64,000 nucleotides of DNA from Candidatus Omnitrophota bacterium (GTDB taxonomy: Bacteria > Omnitrophota > Gorgyraeia > Aquiviventales > Aquiviventaceae), in assembly GCA_016193175.1 (NCBI GenBank), contig JACPSR010000052.1, positions 11,226 through 75,225 on the forward strand, read 5' to 3'. Positions 38,799-49,500 of the stretch are shown piece by piece. The stretch's first letter is position 1. The number at the start of each line of letters is the position of its first letter. Below the pieces are notes generated by a model that was not told the origin of the DNA, did not search any database, and worked only from the letters and a program-made list of their open reading frames with translations. The position numbers and the translations under genes were made by a program.

Positions 38799-38802
38799 CC
38801 TC

Positions 38803-40395
38803 TTAATCGGCTTGGCCACGGCGCGCAGAAACCCTCCACTGCGCATACTTGGCCTTGAGGATCGTGGCATAGCGGGTCTTGTCGGCTTCGTCAGGGCCGC
38901 CCTGCCCCGTCAACGGCGTGACCACCACAAGCTGCGCCTGCTGCTTCGTCAGCCGCTCGATCAGGTCGCCGGTATGGAATCCCCCGGCAATCAGCGCGGC
39001 CATCCGCTCTCCGTCGGCCTCCATCTTCGAAAGCGCGCGTCGAGCCAGCTCGGCGTCGCGCGCGTGGGCGATGGTATAGAAGCGCACCGCGCGCGCCAGA
39101 TGCGCCTCAAGCGCCGTGCCGTCGCCCGCCCAGTCAAACGCCACCCCCACCCGCGCGGCGTGCCCTCGCAGCGCCGGCAGCCACTGGGTGACCCGAATCT
39201 GATCCGGTTGCTCCCGGTAGGCCTGGTAGTCCGCCGGGGTCCACTCCAACGCCGCCAATCGCTCACAGAACGCGACCCGGTCAGCCAGCGAGGTGAGCGC
39301 CGCCTCGCTCGCGGAACTCGCCAGCCGCCACTTGAGCTGCCGCTGCACCTCGCCCAACTCAAACCACAACGGCCTCGGCTCAAGGTCAGCCTTGAGCCGC
39401 AGGTAGCGAATATAGTGAACGAGGTGCGGGAAATCGGCGAGGGCAAGGTGGGCCTGCTGCGCGAGCGCCTCCAGTTGCGTGTAGAAGGTGACGGATCCGA
39501 TCTCCCCGGCGCGCAGTTTGTCCGCGGTAGCCCTGAGGGTGGCCCACTCCTGCTCGGTGGCTTGCGGGCGCAGGCGTTCCATGATCTGACGCTGCTCCTC
39601 CTCCACCTGCTTCACATCCATCTGCGCTTCCCATTCCGAAGCGGTCACCAAGCGCTGAAGATTCGGATAGGTGGCAATCGCCACGCCAAGTCGCTTGCTC
39701 TCGCCAAGCAGGGAGTCCAGGTACTCGCCAAACCCCAGCTTCCCGGCGTCGAACCGGGCCTGGATCGTTTCAAACCTCCGCAGGGCCTCATTGGGCGCCT
39801 GCGCCCGAACGCGCTCAAGCATCTGGCGAAGCTGACCGAGATCGCGCCCGACCGCTTCGGGTACCCGCTCCACGTCGAGAAACACCTTCAGATGCGCGTC
39901 GTAGAGGGTGGGGTCATCAACGCCCCAGAGGATCAGGGGATCGTCTGAGACGATGTCCAGATACTCCTCCCCGGAGAGGAAGCCGGAACGCAGACGCTCC
40001 TCCGCCACCTGCTGCCGCACCGCTCGAGAGCCTCGGCTACGCAGGTGGGAGAGGCTGACGTCTCCTTCTCCTCCCTCCACAAGGATGAGCCGGATGCCGT
40101 AGCGCGAGACGAGCCAGTCGAGGATATCGGCAAGATGCTTCTGCGCCTCATAGTTCACGTGGGTATCTTGGATCACGATCAGGAGTTTGGCGGAGGGATC
40201 CGCGGTGGGCGCTTCGTAGACTTGCGCGATGCTTCCGATCTCTGGAGGGATAAACACATCAGCGGCTCGAAGGGAAGGCACCGAGGAGGAAGATGAGGGG
40301 GACGGGGCAGGAAGCGCTACCTTCGCGAGGCTGAAAAAAAGGAGGGCGTATAGCCCGATGCCAAGAGGCCCGCCCGTCTTTTTCACGATGTTCAT
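38803..40395 (-). CDS. Secreted hypothetical protein of ~530 aa. The ORF track gives 557 aa starting at 40476, but that N-terminal extension overlaps the promoter-like AT-rich island, so the start is more likely the ATG at 40395 (MNIVKKTGGPLGIGLYALLFFSLAKVALPAPSP).
   Basis: Track ORF 38803..40476. It has a signal-peptide-like N-terminus, then a Ser/Pro-rich linker and a mostly alpha-helical body. There is only a weak resemblance (IQDTHVNYEAQKHL...IRLILVEGGEG) to the TraB/GumN/ChaN-type N-terminal segment, not enough to assign a family. TAA stop at 38803-38805. Confidence 0.7.
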   Translation of the reverse strand: MNIVKKTGGPLGIGLYALLFFSLAKVALPAPSPSSSSSVPSLRAADVFIPPEIGSIAQVYEAPTADPSAKLLIVIQDTHVNYEAQKHLADILDWLVSRYGIRLILVEGGEGDVSLSHLRSRGSRAVRQQVAEERLRSGFLSGEEYLDIVSDDPLILWGVDDPTLYDAHLKVFLDVERVPEAVGRDLGQLRQMLERVRAQAPNEALRRFETIQARFDAGKLGFGEYLDSLLGESKRLGVAIATYPNLQRLVTASEWEAQMDVKQVEEEQRQIMERLRPQATEQEWATLRATADKLRAGEIGSVTFYTQLEALAQQAHLALADFPHLVHYIRYLRLKADLEPRPLWFELGEVQRQLKWRLASSASEAALTSLADRVAFCERLAALEWTPADYQAYREQPDQIRVTQWLPALRGHAARVGVAFDWAGDGTALEAHLARAVRFYTIAHARDAELARRALSKMEADGERMAALIAGGFHTGDLIERLTKQQAQLVVVTPLTGQGGPDEADKTRYATILKAKYAQWRVSARRGQAD

Positions 40396-40447
40396 GGCTT
40401 GCTGCCTGCTACGGTTACCGCGCCACGACCATCCTAATATTAAACAC

Positions 40448-40476
40448 ATAATAATAGATTTCAAAAACATTGTCAA
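40448..40476 (-). promoter_or_regulatory. Sigma70-like promoter TTGACA-N17-TATTAT, in the only AT-rich island of the window. It would drive the 530-aa gene and the downstream megaprotein gene.
   Basis: Minus strand reads ...aattgcTTGACAatgtttttgaaatctatTATTATgtgtttaatattaggatgg. The -35 sits at 40476..40471 and the -10 at 40453..40448 with a 17-nt spacer. It lies between the stop of the 5401-aa gene (40504) and the ATG at 40395, in an otherwise >60% GC window. Confidence 0.5.
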
Positions 40477-40486
40477 GCAATTTTTT

Positions 40487-40502
40487 ATTAGTGGCTTAGT
40501 GG
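40487..40502 (-). repeat. Tandem direct 8-mer GCCACTAA x2 immediately 3' of the 5401-aa gene stop.
   Basis: + strand ttagtggc ttagtggc at 40487-40502. The TAA stop at 40504-40506 is the start of the first copy on the minus strand. No clear hairpin terminator accompanies it. Confidence 0.6.
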
Positions 40503-40503
40503 C

Positions 40504-43500
40504 TTAGTTGAAGCGTTCCGCAACATGATTCGACTTTATGCCAGGCTCCACGTCCTCGATGGTGCGACCCGCTGGGGGTCGGGGCCAGGACGGCTCAGCC
40601 TGGGGTCGATCCATCAACGCGTTCCCCGGCCCATGGAATTTTGCCGTTGGTAATGTTCCGCGTGGAGCTCCAGGAAAGGAGCCGCCGCTTGGCGGGATGG
40701 TCGGAGGCGTGTCCTTCCAAATCTTCCGGATGGCACGCTCGATGTCGTAACCGTTCCCAAGCAGGGCCAGGAACTTCACCGCGTTTTCCGGATCTCCAGT
40801 CCAATGCCCCAGTTGCCACGCGGCTCCTGCGTAGACGCTCCCTTTCAGCTCTCCGAAGGTATGCGATTCGCCATGAATCTCGACGCGCCATCCCTCGCTA
40901 CGGTACAACATTCTCACGCCACGGACCAAGTCGCGAGAGGCGAGGGCTGTGCGTTTCATCAGGCGCGCCCCTTCCTGAAAATAGCGGTCAAACCCCATCA
41001 GGTTGCTTTGGCCATAGGCCCCTTGAGAACCCCACAGGAAGACAAACGCCCAGGCCAACGCCCCCCCAGCCTTCAACCAGGGACTTGGCTTCAGATCGCC
41101 TCGCCTGATCAGGAGCTGGATGAGGTTCAAGTCCAGCGCGCGCCATCGCTCTTGTTGAGGCAATGAAGAGTAACGCATGTCTCTGAAGCGACCCCGGAAG
41201 AACTGGCGTCCCGACAACAGGTCGGCAAGGAACCGCCGGAAGGTGCGCTTGTCCGTCACCCAGGCCTTGAGCTCTTGCGCAAGAGCGGCTTTGGTCTCAG
41301 GCGGCCGATCGGCCAGCGCCCCCACCACGAATTGGATGCGCGCATCCAATTCCTTGGCCAAGAGCTCGCGCAGCAAGATCTCGATCCATCCCCGGATCCG
41401 ATACCCACCCTTTTGATCCCTGAGGAACTCAATGAGCGTGGAGCGAATCCACCGATGCAACTCTGGATAGGTTTGAAGAAGACGGCTCACGCCATCCACC
41501 AGCAAGGAACCTCGCTTGTCCGAACGACTCCCAAGGTCCTGGATGAGTTCGAGGAGGAGCTCCCGCGATTCCTCAATGCGGCCTTGGATCAATCGGGCAT
41601 GAACGTCTTGAACCCACCGCTCGCCTATCGAAGGTTGCTCGCTCCGTAGCCACCGAGCCACACGCCGTGACGGCTGACCTCCTAAGCGAGAGAGGGCGTA
41701 GAGCACGCGGGGCGTCGGGGTGGGAGGCACGAGCCCTGCGCGGAGCAAGAGATACGCCATGAGCAAGAACGCGATGCGATGGTTGTGGTCCACCAACCAC
41801 TGACCCTTCACGAGCCCGCGATACGCCCGCGCCGCCAACTGAATCGACGGCCCCTGTCGCTGCCAGGCGCGGGAGAGGCGTTCAAAAAAGACCTCAATGT
41901 CTCCCCAGTACACGCCCCTTGCCCGCTGTTGCGTCATCAGGGCCAGCTTGTCGTGCCACGCGAGGACCATGTCCTGCAGCTCTTTCGCTGAGGAGGCGGT
42001 CGTTCGGCGCGCGGCCTCCTGCAACATCATCCGCGCCGCCGCCAGAAACGCCTGCCGTTCCACCACGGCGAAGGACCCCTGCGGATCATCAAACTGATCC
42101 AGCGCGCGGTCCCAATCCTCCAGATTGACCTGATCAACGGGGGCAACGAGCTGCGGCGTCTCGCCGTCTCTGAGCGACGAGGATCGTCCCCAACGGTGTC
42201 GCCGCAGCCACCAGGGCCAGGCGAGGCCGACGGCGACCATGAGGAGCGAGAGGGTCACCCAATCCGGCGCGAGGCTAAGCGCGGCGTGGCGAACGGCGGC
42301 CTCCACCGGTACAGCGGCGAGCAGGATCATGCCGACGGCGACCGCGAGCGCAAGCGGGAGCGCCTTGACAGCTGATTGCTTTTTCGCACGCGGCTGGGTA
42401 GAATTGAGGAGGAAGGAGCTTGAGCGATGGACATCACGTTTGATGAGCACGCTGACGCCCTCTACATTCGGTTTCAACCCGGCAAGCGCGTCAGGAAGAC
42501 GGTGAAGTTGCAGGACGGGTTGCTGGTCGATCTCGACCGATCCGGTAGGATCTTCGGAATTGAGATTCTCGACGTGAGCCATCGCATGCCCATCGCGCAG
42601 CTCGGACACGTGAATATCAACCTTCCCGTCCACGCGTAGCCGCTCCACTGCGCGTTCCGCCAACGCACCCACCACCAAGACGCTAGTGATCGGCTCCGGC
42701 CCCCCGCCCATTGAACCGGCGGTGAATTTGATACGGGGCAGCTTGTCATGGGTATCCTCGGGAGAATCGCTCGTACCACCGTTGCCGCCGACCACGGCAA
42801 TCATTATCGTTGTGCCGAGGCCGACCAGGAATGCGAGGGCGCCCGTCAAGTCCGGTGCAAGCAACCAGACCAGAAAGCCGCCGAGGATGGGCGCCGCCTG
42901 CACCGTCGAGCCACCGAGGGTGAACTTCTCCACGAGACTATCGATCGTCTCCTGATAGGACTCAGCCGATCGGAACGTTGCCGGTCGCGCGATCACACCA
43001 GGGAAGTACGGAGCCATGAGCGCCTCAAGCTGTCCTTCCACTGGATGCAACTGCGCTCGTAACCGCACCGCTTTGCGCGCGCGAAAGATCTCAAGAAGCC
43101 AACCCAGCGAAGTGGCTGTCTGTGTGGCCTTCTCTTCGTTCCCGCTGACGTCGTCCAAGAGGACGGAGGCGTTCGTTTGCTTCAACGCGCTCTGGACCCG
43201 ACCGTAAGGCGCAGCGGTCCTGAAGCGCCTTGCCGCATATCGCAAGCGGTTTCTCAAGCCGGCCGCCACTTCGTTCGTCTTCGTCTTGGCGGGCAAGTCG
43301 GCAAACCGTTGCAGGGCTTTCTCTGCTGAGACGAGAAATCGCTCTGGGGTCATCTGGCGCCTTCCAGATGTTGTTCCGCGGATCAGGTGCTTGATCCCAG
43401 CGGGAATGACCTTGCGCAGTGGGTCGGAAACCAGTTCGATTTGTTGAGCCGGCGCCGGCTTGGAAGGTTCGGGAGCAGGCGTGCCGACCGCCCATCCCCC

Positions 43501-46500
43501 GCCGCCTCCGCGGCGACCAGCGGAGCGGTGGTGGTGATCGGCCCACGGAAGGTTTTCCCACGCGCCACGGAATCGATCCCCATGCCGATCCCGCTCCCCA
43601 TGGTCCCGCTCGCCATCACCCGATGGCGTTCGAGGATCCCCCTGCCATGGCTTCGCCCGTTCAAAATCCAGGAGCCGCTGAACTACTTCCTGCAATCTGT
43701 CCGGGAGAAATTCAACGCCCACCGCATAGGCGCCGAAGGTATTGGGGGCGTCCTCATGGGTATGATCAAACCATTCAGCGAACAGCCGAAGGGAGGGGAC
43801 CTCAGCGCCGCTGGCTCGGAGATACTCAACGAAACGTTGGACTTGGCGTTTCGCCTGTTCCGCTTCCTGGCGAATGGGTTCAAGAAATCTCTGGTACGCC
43901 TGGCCCAGCGGCGGGAGCTGATGGGTCTCTAACTCCGCAGGGGTGAGATAGCTCCTATAGGAGCGGCTGTCAAAATCCCACTCCTTCCCCCAGAACTGAA
44001 TCACAAACTTCCCCCACGCTGGATTCAGAGAGGGACGGAAGTCTCTGGTCAATAACCGATAGGGGGTAGAACGCAGCTCCGGCAGGCGCTGCAAGTCTTT
44101 CGCCTGCTCCACGATCTCGAGCCCGACTTGACGCGCGGACTTCCCAAGCTGACTCCCCTTCTCCAGGAGCAGCTCATACAGGAAATGGGCGGAGAGCCCA
44201 TGCGCAATCGTGTTCCTGCCAGCCGTTACGATCTCCTCGACCGCCTGTGGTCGGTGCGTTCGAAGCCAACGCCAGGTTCGGTCAGCAGTCAGGGCGGCGG
44301 ACAAGGACCGGTCATGAGCTTGAAGAACGGTCTGATAGTCCGTCCCGCCGTACGCTTGCGTCACGCTGTCCTTGAGCGCCTGGAGATCAAAACCTGGAGC
44401 CGCCGGCATCTCGCGCAACGCGTGCCACTCTTCAGGGATGAATGCCACCACGACCTTTTCCGCACCATCCATAGCGACGAGGGAGCCTTCTGGAACTCGA
44501 CGCTCAACCCTCGCGCCGCGCCCCCACTCCCACACATGACGGACAAGGGCTCCCTCATCAATCTCGGTCGGATAGGACTGGTTGAAGGCGACGACTGGAA
44601 CGTCGAAGTATTGGAGCAGTTGTCGCGTATGGGTCCCTGGAGCAACGCCCTCTGACAGGATAACGCCGCTCAAGCGGTTGGCCGAGAGCAACTCCTTGAG
44701 CAGGTCCTGTTGGCCCTCTTGGGCCACGAAGATGATCGGTTCGCCCGAGCGGATCGCCGCCAACGCGCGCTCCCTCGTGAACACCAGATGCCCCACCACC
44801 ATGTCGGTGCCACTGAGCCGGGAGGGATCCCCCACGATGACTCGACGTTTCGCGGTGTCCATGTCGCGGAACCGGCCAACCATCGTCTTCCGCGGTGGGG
44901 ATGAGTACTGGAGCCGCTCAAGGACCGTGGGGATCAGATCAATTGTGGAAGCACCCGCCTCCCTCGCCTGACGCTCGATCAGAGGGAGGAGGGCTGCCGG
45001 CATCAAGACCTGGGGTTGCGCCTGTGTGATGAGCACCCGCCCATGCGCGAAGGCAAACTCAATATCCTGGGGAACGTGATGGCGAGCTTGGACGATCCGT
45101 TCCCTGAGCGCTGAGAGCTGCTCGAAAACTGCGGGGAACCGGCTTCGAAGTTCTTGCACGGGAACTAAGGACCTTCCCTGAACCAATTCGTCACCGGAGG
45201 CGGTCACACGGAAAGACCCAAAGAGACCCGGTTCTCCGGTTTGAGAATCATGGGTTGAGAACATTCCAACGCCCGAATCCTCATCCAGCGTGTTGAGCAT
45301 TGGGCTCAGGATGACCGCCACAGGCGCTGGTCCTGTCTGTCCATGTATCACGCGGAAATTCTTGACGGCGTCAGCGCGACCTGACTGGACGACAGCTTCA
45401 ATCGCCGCCACGAGTTGGTCGTGCGGGTCCTCGGGAATGCGGAAGCCGGATTCGGCGATGATGCGCTCGAACGCGTTGGCGACTTCCTCAGGGCTACTGG
45501 GTTTGTTGAGTGCCCGGTCAAACGACTGTGCAGGCATCTTCAAGACCCCCACGGCCCAACTCCGCAACCAGGCCGCGTACGTCCGGAAAGCCACCGGCTC
45601 TCCCCTGGAACGCTTCAGACCTTCCAAGACATCCCTGGTCATGCCCACGAACAGCACCGAGGTCAACAGCCCTGGGTATGCTTGGTCGGCTGAACTTCTC
45701 ACTGCCAAGAGGAGCGGTGCTTCTGCATCACCAAGTTTGGTGCCGGTCCGTTGCTCGAGCTGGCGGAGCCCCTCTTGGAGCTGCTGTTGGTAGGACCGGA
45801 CGTGAGCGGCTGCCTGAACGGTGAGGACGAGCGCATCAGGCGTCGGGATGCCAAGCTGCCGGAGCTCGGCAAGCGCTTTGGCCTTTTCGCCGATTTCATC
45901 CACCGAGAGGGTCGCCGCGTCATCGAGCATCACCGTCGGCGGCTGAAGCGGCTTGCTCGAACCTGTTTCCACGCGCCCGGGCCCTTGGCTATGGAACCGG
46001 CGGTCCTGATGTCCAAACATCCGCTCCAACGGACTCTGCCTGAGTTCGGGCGGCAGATAGTGCTCTTTCTCTTCTGGTGGCCCGCGCCGCCCCGTGCGTC
46101 GTCCTCGCCCGCGCGGTTCCTTCGGTGGTGCGGCTTGCGGTTGAGCCGCCTGCAGCGACCGGATGAGCTCGTCGATTGCCGCGTTCATTGCCTCATCGAT
46201 CCTACTCTTCGTTTTGACCGCTTCATCCAGGTGCGTCCTGACGGCCCCATCGCTGATCATCGTCGCCAGTGCCTCGAGGCGATTTCCTTTCAGCTCTGCC
46301 GCCTCGGCCTTTCTCGTCATGGACTCGATCGTCTGAAGGGAGAGCTTGGCGTGAGATTCTGCCGCGGCCTTCGCCAGCCGCTCAACCAGGAGCTTCGGCG
46401 CCGGCGTTTCCGCTTGCAAGACCAGGGCCAATGCCCACGCGCGCCCGGTCGCCCAGCCTTCCGGAGGCGTGACGCGGCCGGTCTCCTCCGCTTGGTGAAC

Positions 46501-49500
46501 CACCGCCTCGGCTTGCTGGCGAAGCTCGGCATCAAGCTCAGAGCGCTTCAGAATTTCAGGCAACGCCTCTGCAAGCTCTCTTGCGAGCCCATCAGCCCCA
46601 AGCGCAGAGGTCCGTTGCTCCATGACGAGTTGAGCGTGAACTCGCCGATCCTCCTCAGCCTGCTCGCGCGTACGCGCCAGTTTCGCTTCGAGCGATGGCC
46701 TGACGGCGTCAAGCTGCGCTCGCTGCTCGGCCGAGAGATCCAGCGCATCGAGCCATCCGATCAATTCAACAGCAGCCGTCAGCTCAGCCTCATCGCTGGA
46801 CGAGCGCTTGATGAGGCTCACGGCCAGCCCCTCGCCTCCCTCAACGAGGTAGTTGACGATGCGCGGCGTGAGGGTCTGGAGTCCTCTCGTCATCTGGAGA
46901 AGCTCTGCCAGCGTCGGGGGTGCGGGCTCTTGAGCGATCGCGCCATACCCGTGGAGCGTCTCGATGAGCGCTTGATGCAACGTCTGTGCGGCCTCGTTCC
47001 ATTCCGCCTTTTTGAGGTGCAGGCGACCGCTCAGGAAGAGCAGATCCACGTAGGTCCATCCGACCACTGGCCTGATCGATTGAGCCAAGCTGAGCGCCTC
47101 GCCGATCTCTCGCCTGGCGCCGTCGAGATCGCCGAGGCGGAGCAACGCCTCTGCCAGGTATCGTTTGATCGCGACGGTCCCCGCAGGGGTGAACCACCCC
47201 TTCGTTTGGTCCTGCGCCAAATCGCTGACTCCTAGCTCAAGCTGCCCGCTCTGTCCGCTGAACAATCGGATCGAGCCGCGAGTCACGAGCGCACGCGCCT
47301 GGGCCTGTTCCAGCTCCCTGCGCCTGCGCGTCAACTCGGCTTCATGTGGCGCGTTGGCTGCTGATCCCGCCTCCCGCGCCAGCCGTTTCAATCCCTCGTT
47401 GGCTGCCCTCAACTCGGCCTCGATCTTCCGCACCACGTCTTCCATCTTGTTCGTCGCCGGCTCATACCGCTTCAGTCCCCAGAGGGCGAGCGCTTCGGAT
47501 CGGAGGACCGCCCGGTCCATCCCCTCTTTCCGTTGTCGATCCTCCACCCCATACACGCTGCGGGCACGACGCCCCAACTCCAACACCTTCTCATAGGCCT
47601 GGGGCTCCTCAGTGTCCAACGCATGCTGGAGCTGCGCGGCGGCCATCTGGGTCAAGAGGTATTTCTCCTGGACTGGCGGATCATTCAGGAACGCGGTGTA
47701 CGCCGCCCAGTCGAGCGGCTCGGTCCTGATCGACTGGAGCAGCGTCAACGCCTCCGTCAGCGCCTCCAGGCTCTCCAGCGCTCGCGGACGGTCAAGCTCC
47801 AGGAGGCTGACGCCGAGCACCCGTGAGATATCCATGAGCAAACGGCGGTCGCCTGGCCGCATCCGCTTCGCCGTATCCCGCGCGGTGGTCAGCCACTGGA
47901 CCGCCTCGTCATAACGACCGCGCAGATACGCCACGCGGCCCGCTGCGAAGCGGCTCACGATGTCCTCCGCATTGACGTCAAGGGCCCGCGCATATTCCTG
48001 TCGCGCAGCCTCGATCTGCCCCGCCTGTTCCAGATGGAAGGCGCGCAGAGAGGCCTCGGCAGCGAGCAGCCGATTCGAGGCCGTTTCTGGATTGATGCGG
48101 CTGCGGATCGCTTCAAAGAGCTGCTGGATCGTCGAGGACGATGGCCCTGCGACTTCTTTGAGGCGCATGACCGCTTCCAACACGAGAAACGCCAACAGCT
48201 GGCGCTCCGGCTCCGGCTGCTTGGCATACACACGGCCCAACGCGCGCAGGGCCTCTCCCAGCGGAGGATGATAGGCGATCAGGAGTTGCCGTCCTCGCAC
48301 AACGCTCACGCCTCGTTTCTCGAGCTCTCGGACGCGCGCCTTCCCCGCCTGCTTGAGGGCCGCCACCAAGATCGGCACATCCGATTCGGTGTCCCGAAGG
48401 GGCAGCGTCGGACCCAAGAAGCTGCACCCATGGGCCAGCACCCGACGAAATCGCGTGATGGCCTCCTCGACATTGTTCGCTTGCTCCGCGACCCGCCCCT
48501 TCACGACGTCCAGCGCGTCATCGATTGTCGGATGCGGATCGGCCCCATGCGCCCGCTCATAGAGCCGGCGAGCCCCTTGGAGGTCGCCTTCGGCATAGGC
48601 CAGGTGGCCCTGGAGCATGAGCGCGTAGGCCAGCACCGAGGGCTGCCGCTCAGCGAGGATGGCGGAGTAGCGTCTCAGCTCCTGGATGGACGCCCGCGCC
48701 TCGTTGTGGCGATCCAAGCTGTAATAGGTTTGGGCCTTCGTGATGCCCACGATCGCAGCGAACCGCTGGATCTCTCTCAGCTCGGCAGGGCGTTTCGTGC
48801 GTTTCGCAAGCGCCTCAAGCGCCTCGATGGTCTCGTCAAACAACCGAAGCCCCTCGTCGGGCCGCCCCAATTCCACCAGGGCATCTGCCAACTTGTAGAG
48901 CAGCTCCGCTCTGATCATCGAGGGGTCCGGCGCGAGCACGAGCGCCTCGCGCGCAGACTCTTCAACCTCTTCGTATCTGTTCAGGCGGAGTGCCTCTTCG
49001 AGACGGCCAGCCTGCTCATGCCCTTCTCCCTGCTGGAACTGCTTGTGCGCCTCGGCCTTCCGCTGCTGCTGCGCCTTCGAATCGCCTGTCGCAACGGTGG
49101 GATCGATCCCAACTTTCAGTGGAGGGGAGTCCCCTGGCCTCGTGGCGGCTTGAGGCGTTGGCTCAGCAGGCTGGGACGATCGGGGAGGCTCAGGCGGTGC
49201 CGGTGGGGGCGCCGGCGTAATCGGTGGAGGAGGGATTTTGGCCGACTCCTTCGGCGCTGCGTCCCCCTCGACAGCCTGGCCTTGCAGTTCTTGCGGAAGT
49301 CCGTTGACTTCCGCGCCCAATTGCTCGATCTCAGCCCGCAACTTGCCTGCTTCGTCTTGGTTCACCTCACCTGGCTTGAGGGCCCGCTCGGAACGATCTT
49401 TGAGCGTCTTGATCCGCTGTTGCAATTGGTCCAAGAGCTTCCAATCGTCGATGACAGCCAGCCGTCGCCGCTCACTGTCGGGGACGAGGGTGCCGCCGCT

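Noticed and set aside
52-38635. Many long + strand ORFs (for example 798..1304, 1698..2621, 7785..8456, 8580..9338, 14727..16160, 16221..17819, 19638..20753, 20868..21632, 24783..25544, 27771..28658, 29877..31394, 35520..36182, 36201..37559) in the ORF track.
   Set aside because: They all sit in the same codon register as the minus-strand megaprotein. Their translations are Arg/Gly/Pro-rich low-complexity sequences, and none carries recognisable motifs. Antisense frames of GC-rich genes stay open because sense codons ending in A are rare. They are shadow ORFs, not genes.
38803-40395. Assignment of the 530-aa secreted protein to the TraB/GumN/ChaN/Tiki-type family.
   Set aside because: Only a short N-terminal resemblance (IQDTHVNYEAQKH...ILVEGGEG). 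The rest does not match in any way I can verify without a profile search.
40396-40476. N-terminal 27 codons of the 557-aa track ORF (MTMFLKSIIMCLILGWSWRGNRSRQQA).
   Set aside because: They are encoded by the AT-rich promoter-like island that includes the -35/-10 hexamers. The downstream ATG at 40395 is followed by a signal-peptide-like sequence and is the more plausible start.
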